Shown: positions 26,169-36,233 of the stretch, piece after piece
Layout of the letters: the number at the start of each line of letters is the position of its first letter
Position numbering within the stretch: the stretch's first letter is position 1
Assembly (NCBI GenBank): GCA_964487255.1
Contig: CAZAQV010000002.1
Span: 211,561 to 275,560, forward strand
Direction of reading: 5' to 3'
From: an uncultured Polyangiales bacterium
GTDB taxonomy: Bacteria > Myxococcota_A > Polyangia > Polyangiales > CAZAQV01
DNA: 64,000 bases
The notes under the pieces: model-generated
Databases searched by the model: none
What the model saw: the letters and a program-made list of their open reading frames with translations, nothing else
Told to the model about the DNA's origin: nothing
Position numbers and translations under genes: made by a program

Positions 26169-26582
26169 ATGACGATTCAACAAACTTTGCTCTTCGCCGC
26201 GCTTTTTCTGAACATGGTCGCCTGTAGCTCCGACAACGACTGTCCAGACGAAGCCATCTGTGAGTGCTCCGGTAGTTTTGGCATCTCGCTGGAGTTTACG
26301 GGTGACATCCCAGAGAACCTTCAGATTCTCTGGGACGGCGAAGAGGTTGTCAATGACTGCACTGGAACACGCAACGTGGCTTACGATCGCGACGGCGCGT
26401 TGGTTGATCTACACCTCGTGAGTTTCGGCTACACGCCACCTGGCACGGCCTCACTCGTGGTCCGAGATCAGAAAGACTGTACCGTCAGCGAAGAAGAGCT
26501 TCTGGCGGTCAACGACGAACCCGTTCCAGATGGACCGTACGAGCTGTGCACCGACGCTGCAATCGGCTTCACCATCGACTAG
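26169..26582 (+). CDS. Small hypothetical lipoprotein
   Basis: ATG 26169 gives MTIQQTLLFAALFLNMVACSSDNDC (lipobox). No family was recognised. Confidence 0.5.
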   Translation: MTIQQTLLFAALFLNMVACSSDNDCPDEAICECSGSFGISLEFTGDIPENLQILWDGEEVVNDCTGTRNVAYDRDGALVDLHLVSFGYTPPGTASLVVRDQKDCTVSEEELLAVNDEPVPDGPYELCTDAAIGFTID

Positions 26583-26641
26583 CAGCAACGCGTTTGCTTC
26601 CGCGCTCTGCGGCAGTGGACGGCGATGAATCGTCGTTGAAC

Positions 26642-27583
26642 TTAAACGAAGAGGCTGGAGACCGAATCGCTGTTGTGGATGCGCTTAATGGTCTCGCCGA
26701 GCAGCTTTGCAACCGAGAGAACGCGGAATTTGCGGCAAGCGTTGGCGCGCTCGCTTAGCGGAATCGAGTCGGTCACGATGACCTCCTCTAGCACGGAGTC
26801 TTCGACGCGGTCGACGGCCGGACCGCTCAGGATCGGATGCGTTGCACAGGCAATCACGGACTTTGCTCCCGCTTTAGAGAGCGCTGCCGCGGCGTTACAA
26901 AGTGTCCCTGCCGTATCGACCATGTCATCGAGCAGCACGCAATCGCGCCCCTCAACATCACCAATGATGTTCATGACCTCGCTCACGTTAGCGCGCGCAC
27001 GGCGCTTGTCGATAATGGCAAGGTCGGTGTGCAGTCGTTTTGCGTACGCGCGCGTACGTTCCACGCCCCCTGCATCCGGTGAGACAAACACGGGCAGTTT
27101 TTGAAAGCGCGGCCGCAGGTAGTCGAGAAACACCGGCATCGCATAGAGGTGATCAAAGGGCGTATTGAAGAAGCCCTGAATCTGACCTGCGTGCAAGTCC
27201 ATCGCGACGACACGGTCGCAACCCGACGTCGTGATCAAGTCGGCAACGAGCTTCGCGGTAATCGGTGTGCGCGGCGCGACTTTTCGATCTTGGCGACCGT
27301 AGCCGTAATAGGGGAGCACCGCCGTGATCGAACCCGCCGACGCTCGTCGCAAGGCATCGGTCATGACCAACAGCTCCATCAGGTGAACGGACGCTGGCGC
27401 GCTGGTGGGCTGAACGACATACACATCGACGCCCCGCACGTTCTCCTGAATCTCCGCAAAAGTCTCGCCGTCCGAGAAGTTGGTAACTTTCGCGCGCCCA
27501 AGCGGAACCTCGAGATACTGCGCGATCGATTCCGCGAGGGGTCGATTTGCGTTGCCAGAAAAAATACAGATGGATTTGAACAT
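26642..27583 (-). CDS. prs: Ribose-phosphate pyrophosphokinase
   Basis: The N-terminus [40 protein letters not shown] and the motifs [10 protein letters not shown] and [11 protein letters not shown] are diagnostic. Confidence 0.95.
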   Translation of the reverse strand: MFKSICIFSGNANRPLAESIAQYLEVPLGRAKVTNFSDGETFAEIQENVRGVDVYVVQPTSAPASVHLMELLVMTDALRRASAGSITAVLPYYGYGRQDRKVAPRTPITAKLVADLITTSGCDRVVAMDLHAGQIQGFFNTPFDHLYAMPVFLDYLRPRFQKLPVFVSPDAGGVERTRAYAKRLHTDLAIIDKRRARANVSEVMNIIGDVEGRDCVLLDDMVDTAGTLCNAAAALSKAGAKSVIACATHPILSGPAVDRVEDSVLEEVIVTDSIPLSERANACRKFRVLSVAKLLGETIKRIHNSDSVSSLFV

Positions 27584-27700
27584 TGCTGTTTACCGAAACG
27601 TTGCCGCCTTGCCGCCGCGAGGAATAAGGTGTGCCTGATCTAACGGATCCACCCCTGGTCTTCAACCAAGCAATTGTATTACCTGGCGATCGCATCGGCC

Positions 27701-28960
27701 ATGTCCCAAAACACACCACACCTACATACACGCCGGCGCGTCGAATTCATCGATGCTCTACGTGGTCTGGCCGTGATCTTCATGATTCTCTGGCACACCG
27801 CCGACGGCTGGCTCACCGACGAGGCGCGGGCCGGTGCCGGCTGGACAGCGATCCGCTTGATGGGCGGCCTCGCGGCGCCACTGTTCGTTTTCCTTGCTGG
27901 TGTGGGCTCGGGTTTGGCGATCGGCGCGCGCCACGGCCGAGATCGTGACAAGATCTCATCGAGAATTTTCTGGCGTGGCCTTCAGATCGTCGTCCTGGGC
28001 TATCTTCTTCGACTGCAGTTTTGGGCGCTCGACAGTCTGGCTCTCTTCAAGCTCGGATCATTCTGGATTTGTTTACTGATTTTCTGCGGCTGGATGTCGG
28101 TGCTCTACGCCATTGGCCTCTTCCCGTACCGTTGGCTTCCAAAGCGTTGGCGCACGCCCCACCGCGGGGTCGCGCTGCTCGGCCTTACGGCTGCTGCCGT
28201 GGGCTACACCTTTATACATCTTCAATATCCTGGGCGCCTGAAGGGCCTACTCCGGGTCGACGTCCTGCACTGTATCGGAGTAAGCGTTGCGCTCGTGGCC
28301 TGGCTGTGGCGCAAGCGCGATCGCGCAGTGATGTCCCTCGCGGTCGCGCTCACCTTCGCGTTGCTGACGCACGCGATGCGCGCGACGATGCCCGCCGGCC
28401 TTCCCCCTTTTGTCGCAGCCTACCTCGCACTTTTCGATGCGCCGGGCGGAACCTGGACGCTGTTCCCCCTTTTCCCTTGGGCGTCCTACGCGTTCGCCGG
28501 TGCGGCCACTGGACTTGCCTGGAAGACGAACGAACAAAAGGTGTCACGACTGGGGTTGCGGCTCATGTTGGCAACTCTCGTCGGACTTGCTTCGTACGAA
28601 GGTTTCGCGCACGTCCATCACTGGATGCAGGCGACACCGGAGGGCGTTCAACCGCTTCGTGTGGTGTATCGCATGGCCTGGATCTTCGGGCTCAGCGCGG
28701 TCGTTCAGGCACTCTTTACTTTTGCACCCAAGTTACGCCTCGAACCCATTATTACACTTGGTCAAACGTCACTTTTAATCTACTGGGTGCACCTCGAATT
28801 CGCCTACGGGATCAGCGCTCGGATTTTTCGCAAACAGCTGATTGTCACACAATGGCTGCTCGGGCTTAGCTTTGTGCTGTTGTTGTCTTACATCGTTGCA
28901 AAAATTCGTGTGCGAAAAAAAGTTGCACAACAAACAAAACTTACTTCTTCAAAAACATGA
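27701..28960 (+). CDS. Polytopic membrane protein, DUF1624 / acyltransferase-3-like
   Basis: RVEFIDALRGLAVIFMILWH at the N-terminus is followed by about 10 TM segments. This resembles the heparan-alpha-glucosaminide N-acetyltransferase-like family. Confidence 0.6.
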   Translation: MSQNTPHLHTRRRVEFIDALRGLAVIFMILWHTADGWLTDEARAGAGWTAIRLMGGLAAPLFVFLAGVGSGLAIGARHGRDRDKISSRIFWRGLQIVVLGYLLRLQFWALDSLALFKLGSFWICLLIFCGWMSVLYAIGLFPYRWLPKRWRTPHRGVALLGLTAAAVGYTFIHLQYPGRLKGLLRVDVLHCIGVSVALVAWLWRKRDRAVMSLAVALTFALLTHAMRATMPAGLPPFVAAYLALFDAPGGTWTLFPLFPWASYAFAGAATGLAWKTNEQKVSRLGLRLMLATLVGLASYEGFAHVHHWMQATPEGVQPLRVVYRMAWIFGLSAVVQALFTFAPKLRLEPIITLGQTSLLIYWVHLEFAYGISARIFRKQLIVTQWLLGLSFVLLLSYIVAKIRVRKKVAQQTKLTSSKT

Positions 28961-29039
28961 CTTGAGAGTTGCAGATCGTGTGGCTATAACAGTCGCTCGC
29001 TGCTCGCGTTGGGCTTCGTACTTCAAGCCGTTTGTGTCG

Positions 29040-29867
29040 ATGATTGCAACCATACTCCTCTTCTCAGACGATCCTGTCTTCTCAAAACAATGGCGTCCTG
29101 CATTTGAGGAACTTGGTTGTGACGTACGCGCAACAGCGCCGGAGAATCTTCCCGTCGCCATCACGCGCGGCGGTGCAGCCATTTTCGACCTCAGCTGGGA
29201 TGGTTACGACGAAGACGAGATCCTGACCGCCGTCGGCTTTGCGGCTTCGCAAGACACCGTGGTCGCTGCCGATCTCTCTACCGCGGGAGGCGCAACCGAG
29301 CTCGACGAGGTACTCGACGAAATCTGTCAGGGCTTGGTTCTTCGGAACGCAAGCGACCGCAGCTGGGCGGCTTCGCTCATGGTGCGTCGTCTCGACAAGC
29401 AACGAAGCGGACGCTTCGAGTACATCACCATCTCGCCACGAGGCGACGCGGTGCTTATCATCTTGGCCGACGGTTACGCAACTTCGGCACCGCGCCCAAT
29501 CTGCGCAGAAGACGACGGGAGCGAAATCCAGGCCATCACCCTGAGCGACGATGCGACGATGGCAACCCTTGAGTTGGCCTCTGGTGTCGAACTCACGCTC
29601 GAGTCCGCCGCCGTCGCCAGGCAGAGCAATGGGCACGCCGAGGTGGGCCACCTCAACGGCAACATGGACCGCGGCGCGCTCGGCGCGCGACTGAAGAAAC
29701 TCCGGCTCTCTTCGGGCCTTACACAGGCCGAGCTGGCACGCCGAACGGGTATTCACCGCCCGAATATCGCGCGTGTCGAAGCCGGTCGGCACACCCCGTC
29801 GCTCGACACCATCTCGCGCATTGCCACCGCAATCGGCATTCCGGCCACGGAAATCCTTCGTGGTTGA
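29040..29867 (+). CDS. XRE-family HTH protein with N-terminal receiver-like domain
   Basis: The C-terminus GLTQAELARRTGIHRPNIARVEAGRHTPSLDTISRIATAIG is a Cro/C1 HTH. The N-terminus MIATILLFSDDPVFSKQW... resembles a degenerate receiver. Confidence 0.65.
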   Translation: MIATILLFSDDPVFSKQWRPAFEELGCDVRATAPENLPVAITRGGAAIFDLSWDGYDEDEILTAVGFAASQDTVVAADLSTAGGATELDEVLDEICQGLVLRNASDRSWAASLMVRRLDKQRSGRFEYITISPRGDAVLIILADGYATSAPRPICAEDDGSEIQAITLSDDATMATLELASGVELTLESAAVARQSNGHAEVGHLNGNMDRGALGARLKKLRLSSGLTQAELARRTGIHRPNIARVEAGRHTPSLDTISRIATAIGIPATEILRG

Positions 29868-30543
29868 CGGCAACGTTCGAGACGCTGCAACAGTTATTCT
29901 ACTTCGGCCGGCTCCGCGTGACGCCGCAGGGTTTGAAGTCTACATGGTCAAGCGCCCCTCGAAGAGCCGCTTCATGCCGGGCGCGTATGTCTTTCCCGGC
30001 GGACGTGTCGAATCGTCAGACGCCTCCATCGAGGCGGCCGCCATTCGTGAGACGCAAGAAGAAGCCAGCATCACTTTGCGAGCTGATGATCTTCTGCTTT
30101 GGTCGCGTTGGGTCACACCCGACGTCGAACCGCGACGTTACGACGCTCGCTTTTTTGTTGCCAAGGTCCCGCAGGGCACCGCGGCAACACCCGACCCGGT
30201 CGAAACCGTCGAAGGGCTTTGGACGACCGCGGGTGACATGCTGCTTCGAGCGGACGCCGGCGACGCGTTCCTGGCCCCACCCACGCAGCGCTGTCTTGAA
30301 CTCCTGAGCGCCTATCGACGAGTCGACGACGTCCTCCAAGACGTCCGTCAAAGCGCTGTCCCAATCATCAAGCCCGTGGTTGCGCAAGATGGCGACCAAA
30401 TCTTCGTCGCCCTGCCGGGTGACCCGGCCCACCCCGAAGACCGGGCGTGTATTGCAGGCTCTACGCGCATCGCGCTCCCGAGCGCATGGCTCGAGCTTCT
30501 TCAGGCCCGAAAAGGGGTTGGACCTTCCGGACGAACAGACTAA
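29860..30543 (+). CDS. NUDIX hydrolase
   Basis: The Nudix box is GGRVESSDASIEAAAIRETQEEASI. The GTG start at 29860 overlaps the upstream stop (GTGGTTGA). Confidence 0.75.
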   Translation: MVDGNVRDAATVILLRPAPRDAAGFEVYMVKRPSKSRFMPGAYVFPGGRVESSDASIEAAAIRETQEEASITLRADDLLLWSRWVTPDVEPRRYDARFFVAKVPQGTAATPDPVETVEGLWTTAGDMLLRADAGDAFLAPPTQRCLELLSAYRRVDDVLQDVRQSAVPIIKPVVAQDGDQIFVALPGDPAHPEDRACIAGSTRIALPSAWLELLQARKGVGPSGRTD

Positions 30544-30552
30544 CGTCCGACC

Positions 30553-31356
30553 ATGTCGAACGAACTGCTCAAACACGACGGCTACGCTCTAATTCTCGGT
30601 GCCTCAAGTGGTTTTGGTGCCGCGGTTAGCATCGCTCTGGCGGAGGCCGGGATGGACATCATCGGCGTGCACTTGGATCGCCGCTCGACCATGCCGCAGG
30701 TCGAAAGTATTCAGCAGGCGATTGAAGCGAAGGGCCGAAAAGCGCTCTTCTTCAACGTCAACGCAGCAGACGAAAAAAAGCGCGCCGCAGTCCTGGACGA
30801 AGTGCAAGAGAAGGTCGGCACCGGGAAGATCCGCGTACTCTTGCACTCGCTAGCCTTTGGTACACTCAAGCCGTACTGGTCGGACGAGGACAGCGCCAGC
30901 CTGATCAACAAGAGCAACATGGACATGACGCTCGACGTCATGGCACATAGCCTCCTCTACTGGACCCAGGACACGCTGCGTCGAGATCTTTTCGCCAACT
31001 GGGGCCGCATCTACGCGATGACCTCCGCAGGTTCGCACGCCGTCTGGCAAGGCTATGGCGCGGTCAGCGCCGCCAAGTCCGCGCTTGAGGCACACATTCG
31101 CCAACTCGCCGTCGAACTCGCGCCCAAAAACATCACGGCCAACTCCATTTGCGCAGGCGTGACCGACACACCGGCGCTACGAAAAATTCCCGGCAACGAC
31201 GTGATGATCGAGAACGCGATCAAGCGAAACCCCTACGACCGGCTCACCACCCCCGAGGACATCGCCAACTTCCTCGTCGCCTTCTCGACCCCTGCCACCG
31301 CCTGGGTCACGGGCAACACCCTCTTCGTCGACGGTGGCGAAGACATCGCGGGTTAA
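30553..31356 (+). CDS. Short-chain dehydrogenase/reductase family oxidoreductase
   Basis: ILGASSGFGAA is a Gly-rich dinucleotide motif. The SAG...Y...K catalytic region is YGAVSAAKSALE. The tail is WVTGNTLFVDGG. Confidence 0.8.
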   Translation: MSNELLKHDGYALILGASSGFGAAVSIALAEAGMDIIGVHLDRRSTMPQVESIQQAIEAKGRKALFFNVNAADEKKRAAVLDEVQEKVGTGKIRVLLHSLAFGTLKPYWSDEDSASLINKSNMDMTLDVMAHSLLYWTQDTLRRDLFANWGRIYAMTSAGSHAVWQGYGAVSAAKSALEAHIRQLAVELAPKNITANSICAGVTDTPALRKIPGNDVMIENAIKRNPYDRLTTPEDIANFLVAFSTPATAWVTGNTLFVDGGEDIAG

Positions 31357-31374
31357 CTCGTGCTCTGAGGTGTC

Positions 31375-31396
31375 GGGGACGAGATCCCCAGTTTTT
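31375..31396 (+). terminator. Weak rho-independent terminator candidate
   Basis: GGGGA-CGAGA-TCCCC is followed by AGTTTTT, 19 nt after the SDR stop codon. Confidence 0.35.
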
Positions 31397-31491
31397 AGCT
31401 GTTCTTGCCACTTTGGTCCGCACCTGGGCGGCAGAAAGCCAGTCATTCTGTGGCGCGCAGGCGGCTCGATCTTTGCTTCAGCACTGGAGCG

Positions 31492-32811
31492 ATGAGACTC
31501 GCACGATTCGCCAAAGCGCTGACGATGGTCCTGGCGGTTGGTGCATGCACAAGCCCGACGGGTGGCGGTTCGCAAAAAGTCATTCCCTCGGGCAAGGCGG
31601 ACGGCCTGGTCGAAGCCCAGGGCCTTCGCGCCTGGTATCTCAAGGCGGACGGCCATACCGAAGGCGACACGCAGCTCGACGCGCAACTCATCTCTGCCCG
31701 CCCCCTCGGAACGCTCGATGCCTGGATCGACGGCCGCTATATCGGCTCACAGCGTGCGCCCATCGACGAGCCTACCATCCGCGAGCTCACCATCGACATT
31801 TCCACGCTCGAGCCCGGCTCCCACAGCCTGGTCATCGCTGATCGCGACAGCTTCTCGCGCGTCGTTGAACACGAGTTTTCGGTCAGCTTCCCACTTTACG
31901 TTGTCGTCTCCAACGACTGGGATACTTCCGACAACGACGATATCGAGTTTGAGCGGCAAGATCGTCTGCACGAAGAGCACCCCGAGCTGGTGCTCACTCA
32001 CTTCGTCGGTCCCTACACGTTTACGGACCCAGCGGTCAGCGAGACTCGCCGCGATTGGATCGTCAACTGGCTGCTCACCAACCAAGAGCAGTATGGCGAC
32101 GAGATCGGCGTGCATGTTCACGCTTACTGCAGCTTTATCGAAAGTGCGGGCATACCCTGCAAGAGTGAACCCGTCTACGCCGACAACTGGGGTCGCCCCG
32201 AGGGCTACACCGTCATCGTCAGTGCCTACTCCGAGGACGAATTCACCCAAGTCTTGCGGCACGCCGACGAGATCTTCGAGGAACGCGGCCTGGGCAAGCC
32301 GGTCACTTTTCGTGCGGGGGGCTGGTCGGCTGAACTCCACACGCTCAAAGCATTGGCCAACGCCGGCTACATCGCCGACACGAGCGCGGTCAACTGGCGC
32401 CGCCTCGAAGAGTGGGAGAACCACGCGACAGCGCCACTCTACTCTTGGAACCGCGAGCATTGGGCCAACATCAAGACGACTTCACAGCCCTACTACCCCT
32501 CCGAGTTCGACGCGCTAAGCGCCGAAGCGCCGAACCTACCCGTGCTTGAAGTGCCCGACAACGGTGCGCTCGTGGACTACGTTACGGCCCAAGAGATGAT
32601 CGATATGTTCCACGAGAACTGGCCCGAAGGCAGTGCGCTCGGCTCGCCGACCAACTACTCGATCGGCTATCACCCTCCCAGCCTATCGGCAGAGTTTTAT
32701 CAACGCATGGACGATGCGCTCAGCCACATCGACGGCTTTCTCTACAGCAAAGATGCCGGTCCGGTCATCTACGCGCCCCTGCGCGACATGCCCAGCGTCA
32801 ACTGGCCCTAG
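31492..32811 (+). CDS. Hypothetical lipoprotein
   Basis: ATG 31492 gives MRLARFAKALTMVLAVGACTSP (lipobox). The large globular domain was not confidently assigned to any family. Confidence 0.55.
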   Translation: MRLARFAKALTMVLAVGACTSPTGGGSQKVIPSGKADGLVEAQGLRAWYLKADGHTEGDTQLDAQLISARPLGTLDAWIDGRYIGSQRAPIDEPTIRELTIDISTLEPGSHSLVIADRDSFSRVVEHEFSVSFPLYVVVSNDWDTSDNDDIEFERQDRLHEEHPELVLTHFVGPYTFTDPAVSETRRDWIVNWLLTNQEQYGDEIGVHVHAYCSFIESAGIPCKSEPVYADNWGRPEGYTVIVSAYSEDEFTQVLRHADEIFEERGLGKPVTFRAGGWSAELHTLKALANAGYIADTSAVNWRRLEEWENHATAPLYSWNREHWANIKTTSQPYYPSEFDALSAEAPNLPVLEVPDNGALVDYVTAQEMIDMFHENWPEGSALGSPTNYSIGYHPPSLSAEFYQRMDDALSHIDGFLYSKDAGPVIYAPLRDMPSVNWP

Positions 32812-34013
32812 GGCTCTGGGCGATCCAACCACGCAATCGCGCGCACAGGCTCGTCAAGCAGCGGCCCAAGAAGGTCTCCGTTCTCCAAGTCGATAAGCAG
32901 GTCACCGGGCCCACCATCGGCATATTCAGCGCCAACCGCGTAGGGAAGGTTGGGGTGAAACGTACCGAGCGAATGCAGCAAGGGTTTGACCTCGATACGA
33001 TCTCCCGTCGCGAGGTTGACAACAAAGTAAGGTCCTCTTGCATGTATCGCCGACTCCGACTCGCTCGCAGCAAACCAATCGTACCTCGATCGAATCGGCT
33101 CACAGCCTGGTCCGATGAGTTCCTCAGCTCCGAAAGCGTCAATGCTCAAGTCGATGACACGGAAGTCGAAGCAAGGTTGGTCGATTTCAAGCCCAAGAAT
33201 CCATCGCTTTTCCTGCATGTGAACAGAGCCTGTTCGCGAACCATCCGATTCAGGATAGGGAGCTTCGACAAGCGTGTTTCCCGCGTAGTCCAACCAGCCA
33301 AAGACGGGTGGGTCTTCGAAGGTGTCGAAGAAGAGATAAGTCTGCTGCTCCACGTCAAACGGACCGGTTCCATAGAACAGTTCAACGGGCTCGATCGTCC
33401 CGTCTGAATGCACTCTGCGATATTGGCCATTACGCGTCGCCACAACGGCTGTCAGAGGATTCTCCAGAAAGAAGTCAGAGTGGTTCTCGTACAAGACACT
33501 CACATTCAAGTTCCGCGATGCGTAGTGAAGTGTGTTCCCACCATCCTTGAGGCAGGTGAACCAGAAGCCATTTCCTGACGGCTCCCAGATGACTTGCGAA
33601 AGGTTTCCGTTGCAGGTTGGTGAAAGGGAGACTTCCTGGTGGTCTCCGTTCACCAGATCGACCAAAAAGAGGCCAGAGTAGTCGTAGCCACGCCCTAGGA
33701 CGATAAGGGCGGTTTCGTCGGCTGGACTCCGCCGTATCCAGGCGTGAACCAGGCCATCCAAGCGCGGAAAAGTGGTCAACACGCGCCTTCCCTCGGGGCT
33801 AAGTTCGGTGACTCTGAAACTTCCGGCAGAGCTCCGGCTGACGGCCAACATGGGCGCAGGAGGGAGAACAAGCTCTCCTCGTGAAATCGGCGGGGCTGCA
33901 TCGGCTAACGGCGGGACCGTTGCATCAGCCCCAACCAGAACGATTTCGTGCGAACGCGCACAGGCGCAGACGGACAGAGCAACCGCCACGAGCAAGGTAA
34001 CCGGTCGAAACAT
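32808..34013 (-). CDS. Hypothetical lipoprotein
   Basis: The N-terminus is MFRPVTLLVAVALSVCACARS (lipobox). Composition is W/Y/G-rich and beta-rich. The 3' end overlaps the convergent gene by 4 nt. Confidence 0.55.
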   Translation of the reverse strand: MFRPVTLLVAVALSVCACARSHEIVLVGADATVPPLADAAPPISRGELVLPPAPMLAVSRSSAGSFRVTELSPEGRRVLTTFPRLDGLVHAWIRRSPADETALIVLGRGYDYSGLFLVDLVNGDHQEVSLSPTCNGNLSQVIWEPSGNGFWFTCLKDGGNTLHYASRNLNVSVLYENHSDFFLENPLTAVVATRNGQYRRVHSDGTIEPVELFYGTGPFDVEQQTYLFFDTFEDPPVFGWLDYAGNTLVEAPYPESDGSRTGSVHMQEKRWILGLEIDQPCFDFRVIDLSIDAFGAEELIGPGCEPIRSRYDWFAASESESAIHARGPYFVVNLATGDRIEVKPLLHSLGTFHPNLPYAVGAEYADGGPGDLLIDLENGDLLGPLLDEPVRAIAWLDRPEP

Positions 34014-34036
34014 GTCCGCGGATCTATCACAAACGG

Positions 34037-34717
34037 CTACGGCTTCATACGACTGGCTTTTTCGTCAAGGCCGGAGGTGCCGAAGCGGGAGCGAAGGACG
34101 TCTACGACATCGAGTGGGTCGATGTCGCGGGCGAGGAGGCCTACCAGTGCATGGTAAAGCAAGTCGGCGGCTTCGCTTGCGACGCGTTTATCACTTTCGC
34201 CTGCGAGCGCATCGCAAAGCTCGCGCGCTTCCTCTGCAATCTTCTCGTTGATCTTCGCCACGCCACCCTCGAGCAAGCGCTTTGTGTAGCTCTTTTCGCC
34301 CGCAGCTTCTTTGCGGGCCCGAAGCACACGTGCGAGCTCAGCCAATGCCGGCAGCGCGACAGCTTTCGGCTCAGTGCCCGACGCATCTCTTTCACGATCG
34401 AGCCGCTCGAAAAAGCACGTCTGCTCACCGGTATGACAACTTGGCCCCGAGGGGTCGGCCACAAAGATCAGCGTATCGCCGTCACAGTCGAGCCACACGC
34501 TGCGAACATCGATGGTGTTGCCACTGCTCTCGCCTTTCATCCATTGCATCTCACGAGAACGCGAATAGAAGTGTGCCTTGCCGGTCGCGAGGGTCTTCTC
34601 AAGCGCTTTGCGGTTGCACCAGGCCAACATGCGGATCTCGCCGCCGAGGTCGGACTGCACGATGGCGGGCACAAGTCCCGCTTCATTCCACTTAAGCTTG
34701 TCGAGCATCTTACCCAT
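34037..34717 (-). CDS. hisIE: Bifunctional phosphoribosyl-AMP cyclohydrolase / phosphoribosyl-ATP pyrophosphatase
   Basis: The HisI part has GLVPAIVQ, AWCNRKALEKT, FYSRSR and CDGDTLIF. The HisE part has KSYTKRLLEGG and EAADLLYHALV. Confidence 0.9.
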   Translation of the reverse strand: MGKMLDKLKWNEAGLVPAIVQSDLGGEIRMLAWCNRKALEKTLATGKAHFYSRSREMQWMKGESSGNTIDVRSVWLDCDGDTLIFVADPSGPSCHTGEQTCFFERLDRERDASGTEPKAVALPALAELARVLRARKEAAGEKSYTKRLLEGGVAKINEKIAEEARELCDALAGESDKRVASEAADLLYHALVGLLARDIDPLDVVDVLRSRFGTSGLDEKASRMKP

Positions 34718-34765
34718 GGCGCTATTCTGCCCTCAGCGACCATTCGCACAACCAGAAAGAAGCCG

Positions 34766-35248
34766 CTATCCGCGGATAGCCTTCATACGAGCCTCGTGCA
34801 TCAGCCGCTGTATGTCGCTCAAGTGCGTCATCGCCTTGTCGGCAAGACGACTGCCCGACTGCGCCCCGTCGTCCTTCTCTCCCCGCACGTGTTCCATCAC
34901 CTTGGCTTTCTCTGCCAACGTGGCGGCATCGGCATCTTGGCCGGATTTGTGAAACACGAGCGCCTCAGAGACTAGGCTTCCCAGCGCCTGCATGGCCTTG
35001 CCTGCCGATTCGTCGATTGTCACGGAGAGCGCCCCCGCTCCCGCATTCACCAAGCCTGCGGCCAACTGGGTGGTTGCAGCGTCTCGCTGCCTCTCAATCG
35101 AGTGAAGCGCCGATTGGTGACGGACATTCTCCGCGTCTCGACTCGCCCTACGTTGCTCGGCTGCTTGGTCTTCGAGTTCAACGCTGAGCTTCGCGATCAT
35201 GTCGTCGATGCTTCCTGTCATAACTGGATGAGATGTCTTGATCTGCAT
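34766..35248 (-). CDS. Minor-translocator-like small helical protein (EspB/SseD/YopD-like), cassette gene P4
   Basis: ATG 35248 is preceded by GAAAGGAA. The protein is 160 aa and helical. It has a single Gly/Ala hydrophobic segment (LAAGLVNAGAGALSV) and is the last gene of the cassette. Confidence 0.5.
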   Translation of the reverse strand: MQIKTSHPVMTGSIDDMIAKLSVELEDQAAEQRRASRDAENVRHQSALHSIERQRDAATTQLAAGLVNAGAGALSVTIDESAGKAMQALGSLVSEALVFHKSGQDADAATLAEKAKVMEHVRGEKDDGAQSGSRLADKAMTHLSDIQRLMHEARMKAIRG

Positions 35249-35262
35249 ATTGTGTTCCTTTC

Positions 35263-36222
35263 CTACCACTCGCGAAGTGTTGCCATCTGCGCTTCGGCGC
35301 GTTCTTTTCGGATGCGCTCGAGCTGCTCATGGCTGCGCGAACTCTGTGCGAAGATCTCCTTGATGAGAGCCACTTGGTTGTCGGTGAGGACGTTGGCGTA
35401 CTCAACCTCTTCGCCAGCCTCTTCGCCGTCGAGGAGGTATCCGGTTTGGATTCGCTGCACGACCGAAGCGGCAGCGCCGTTTGCGGCCTGCAACACTTGG
35501 GTGACCGTCTTGACGGTTTCGGCAACCGTCTTGATCGCCTCGGCCGTTTGTGCGCCCACATTTACGACTTGAGCACCCGCCGCCGCACCATTCGCCGCGG
35601 AGCTCACAACGTTTGCAGCCGAGCTTCCAGCAGCAGCGCCACCACCTACAATGCCACTTCCGAGTGTCAACGCCGCACCCACGAGTTCGACACCGAGTTG
35701 GAACTTGGAAGCGTCTTCTTCACTGACAACGCCAAGCTCAACAGCAACATGAGTGACCGGCTTTGCGCACAGAATGAGTGCCGCGCCCGCAATCGCAAGC
35801 CCCGCACCAACGCCACCGGTACAAACCGCCGCAGCGACCGTCGTCGCAATCACTACGACCGCTTTGAGAACGTCCCCGAGCGGCCCAGAAAGACCGAGAA
35901 AACCGCCCGCTTCCTCTGCTTTCTTGAGCGCAACCTCCTGCATCAACTTCTGATGCTCCGCCCGCGACTGGTTCAGCTCGATACCAGACTCAGCACGCTC
36001 AACGCCGGCATCACGCATCCGTAGCTGCATCTGCATAAGCAACGAATCGGGATCAAGCTTGCTCGATTCGAGTACCATCGCCGCTCGGTCCATGCTCACG
36101 TCGCTGACGACTGTGGCGTATTGCTCTTCCGCTAAGCTCAGGGCGCCCACACTCAGCTCTCGAATCGCTTCCCGTCCAGCGGGCCCACTCGCCCCGGATC
36201 GATGTGTTGTTTGCATCATCAT
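35263..36222 (-). CDS. Major-translocator-like membrane protein (EspD/SseC/YopB-like), cassette gene P3
   Basis: A coiled-coil N-terminus ending KKAEEAGGFLGLSGPLGDVLKAVVVIATTVAAAVCTGGVGAGLAIAGAALILCA is followed by a second hydrophobic Gly/Ala stretch. The C-terminus is an amphipathic helix. Confidence 0.55.
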   Translation of the reverse strand: MMMQTTHRSGASGPAGREAIRELSVGALSLAEEQYATVVSDVSMDRAAMVLESSKLDPDSLLMQMQLRMRDAGVERAESGIELNQSRAEHQKLMQEVALKKAEEAGGFLGLSGPLGDVLKAVVVIATTVAAAVCTGGVGAGLAIAGAALILCAKPVTHVAVELGVVSEEDASKFQLGVELVGAALTLGSGIVGGGAAAGSSAANVVSSAANGAAAGAQVVNVGAQTAEAIKTVAETVKTVTQVLQAANGAAASVVQRIQTGYLLDGEEAGEEVEYANVLTDNQVALIKEIFAQSSRSHEQLERIRKERAEAQMATLREW

Positions 36223-36233
36223 CTCGGGTTCGT

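Noticed and set aside
25044-26172. Plus-strand ORFs 25044..25472, 25561..26172 and 25695..26111
   Set aside because: They are antisense or alternative frames of ctaB. Their composition is Arg/Pro-rich.
28021-28869. 282-aa plus-strand ORF in another frame of the DUF1624-like gene
   Set aside because: It is an Arg-rich alternative frame. The annotated frame yields a coherent polytopic membrane protein.
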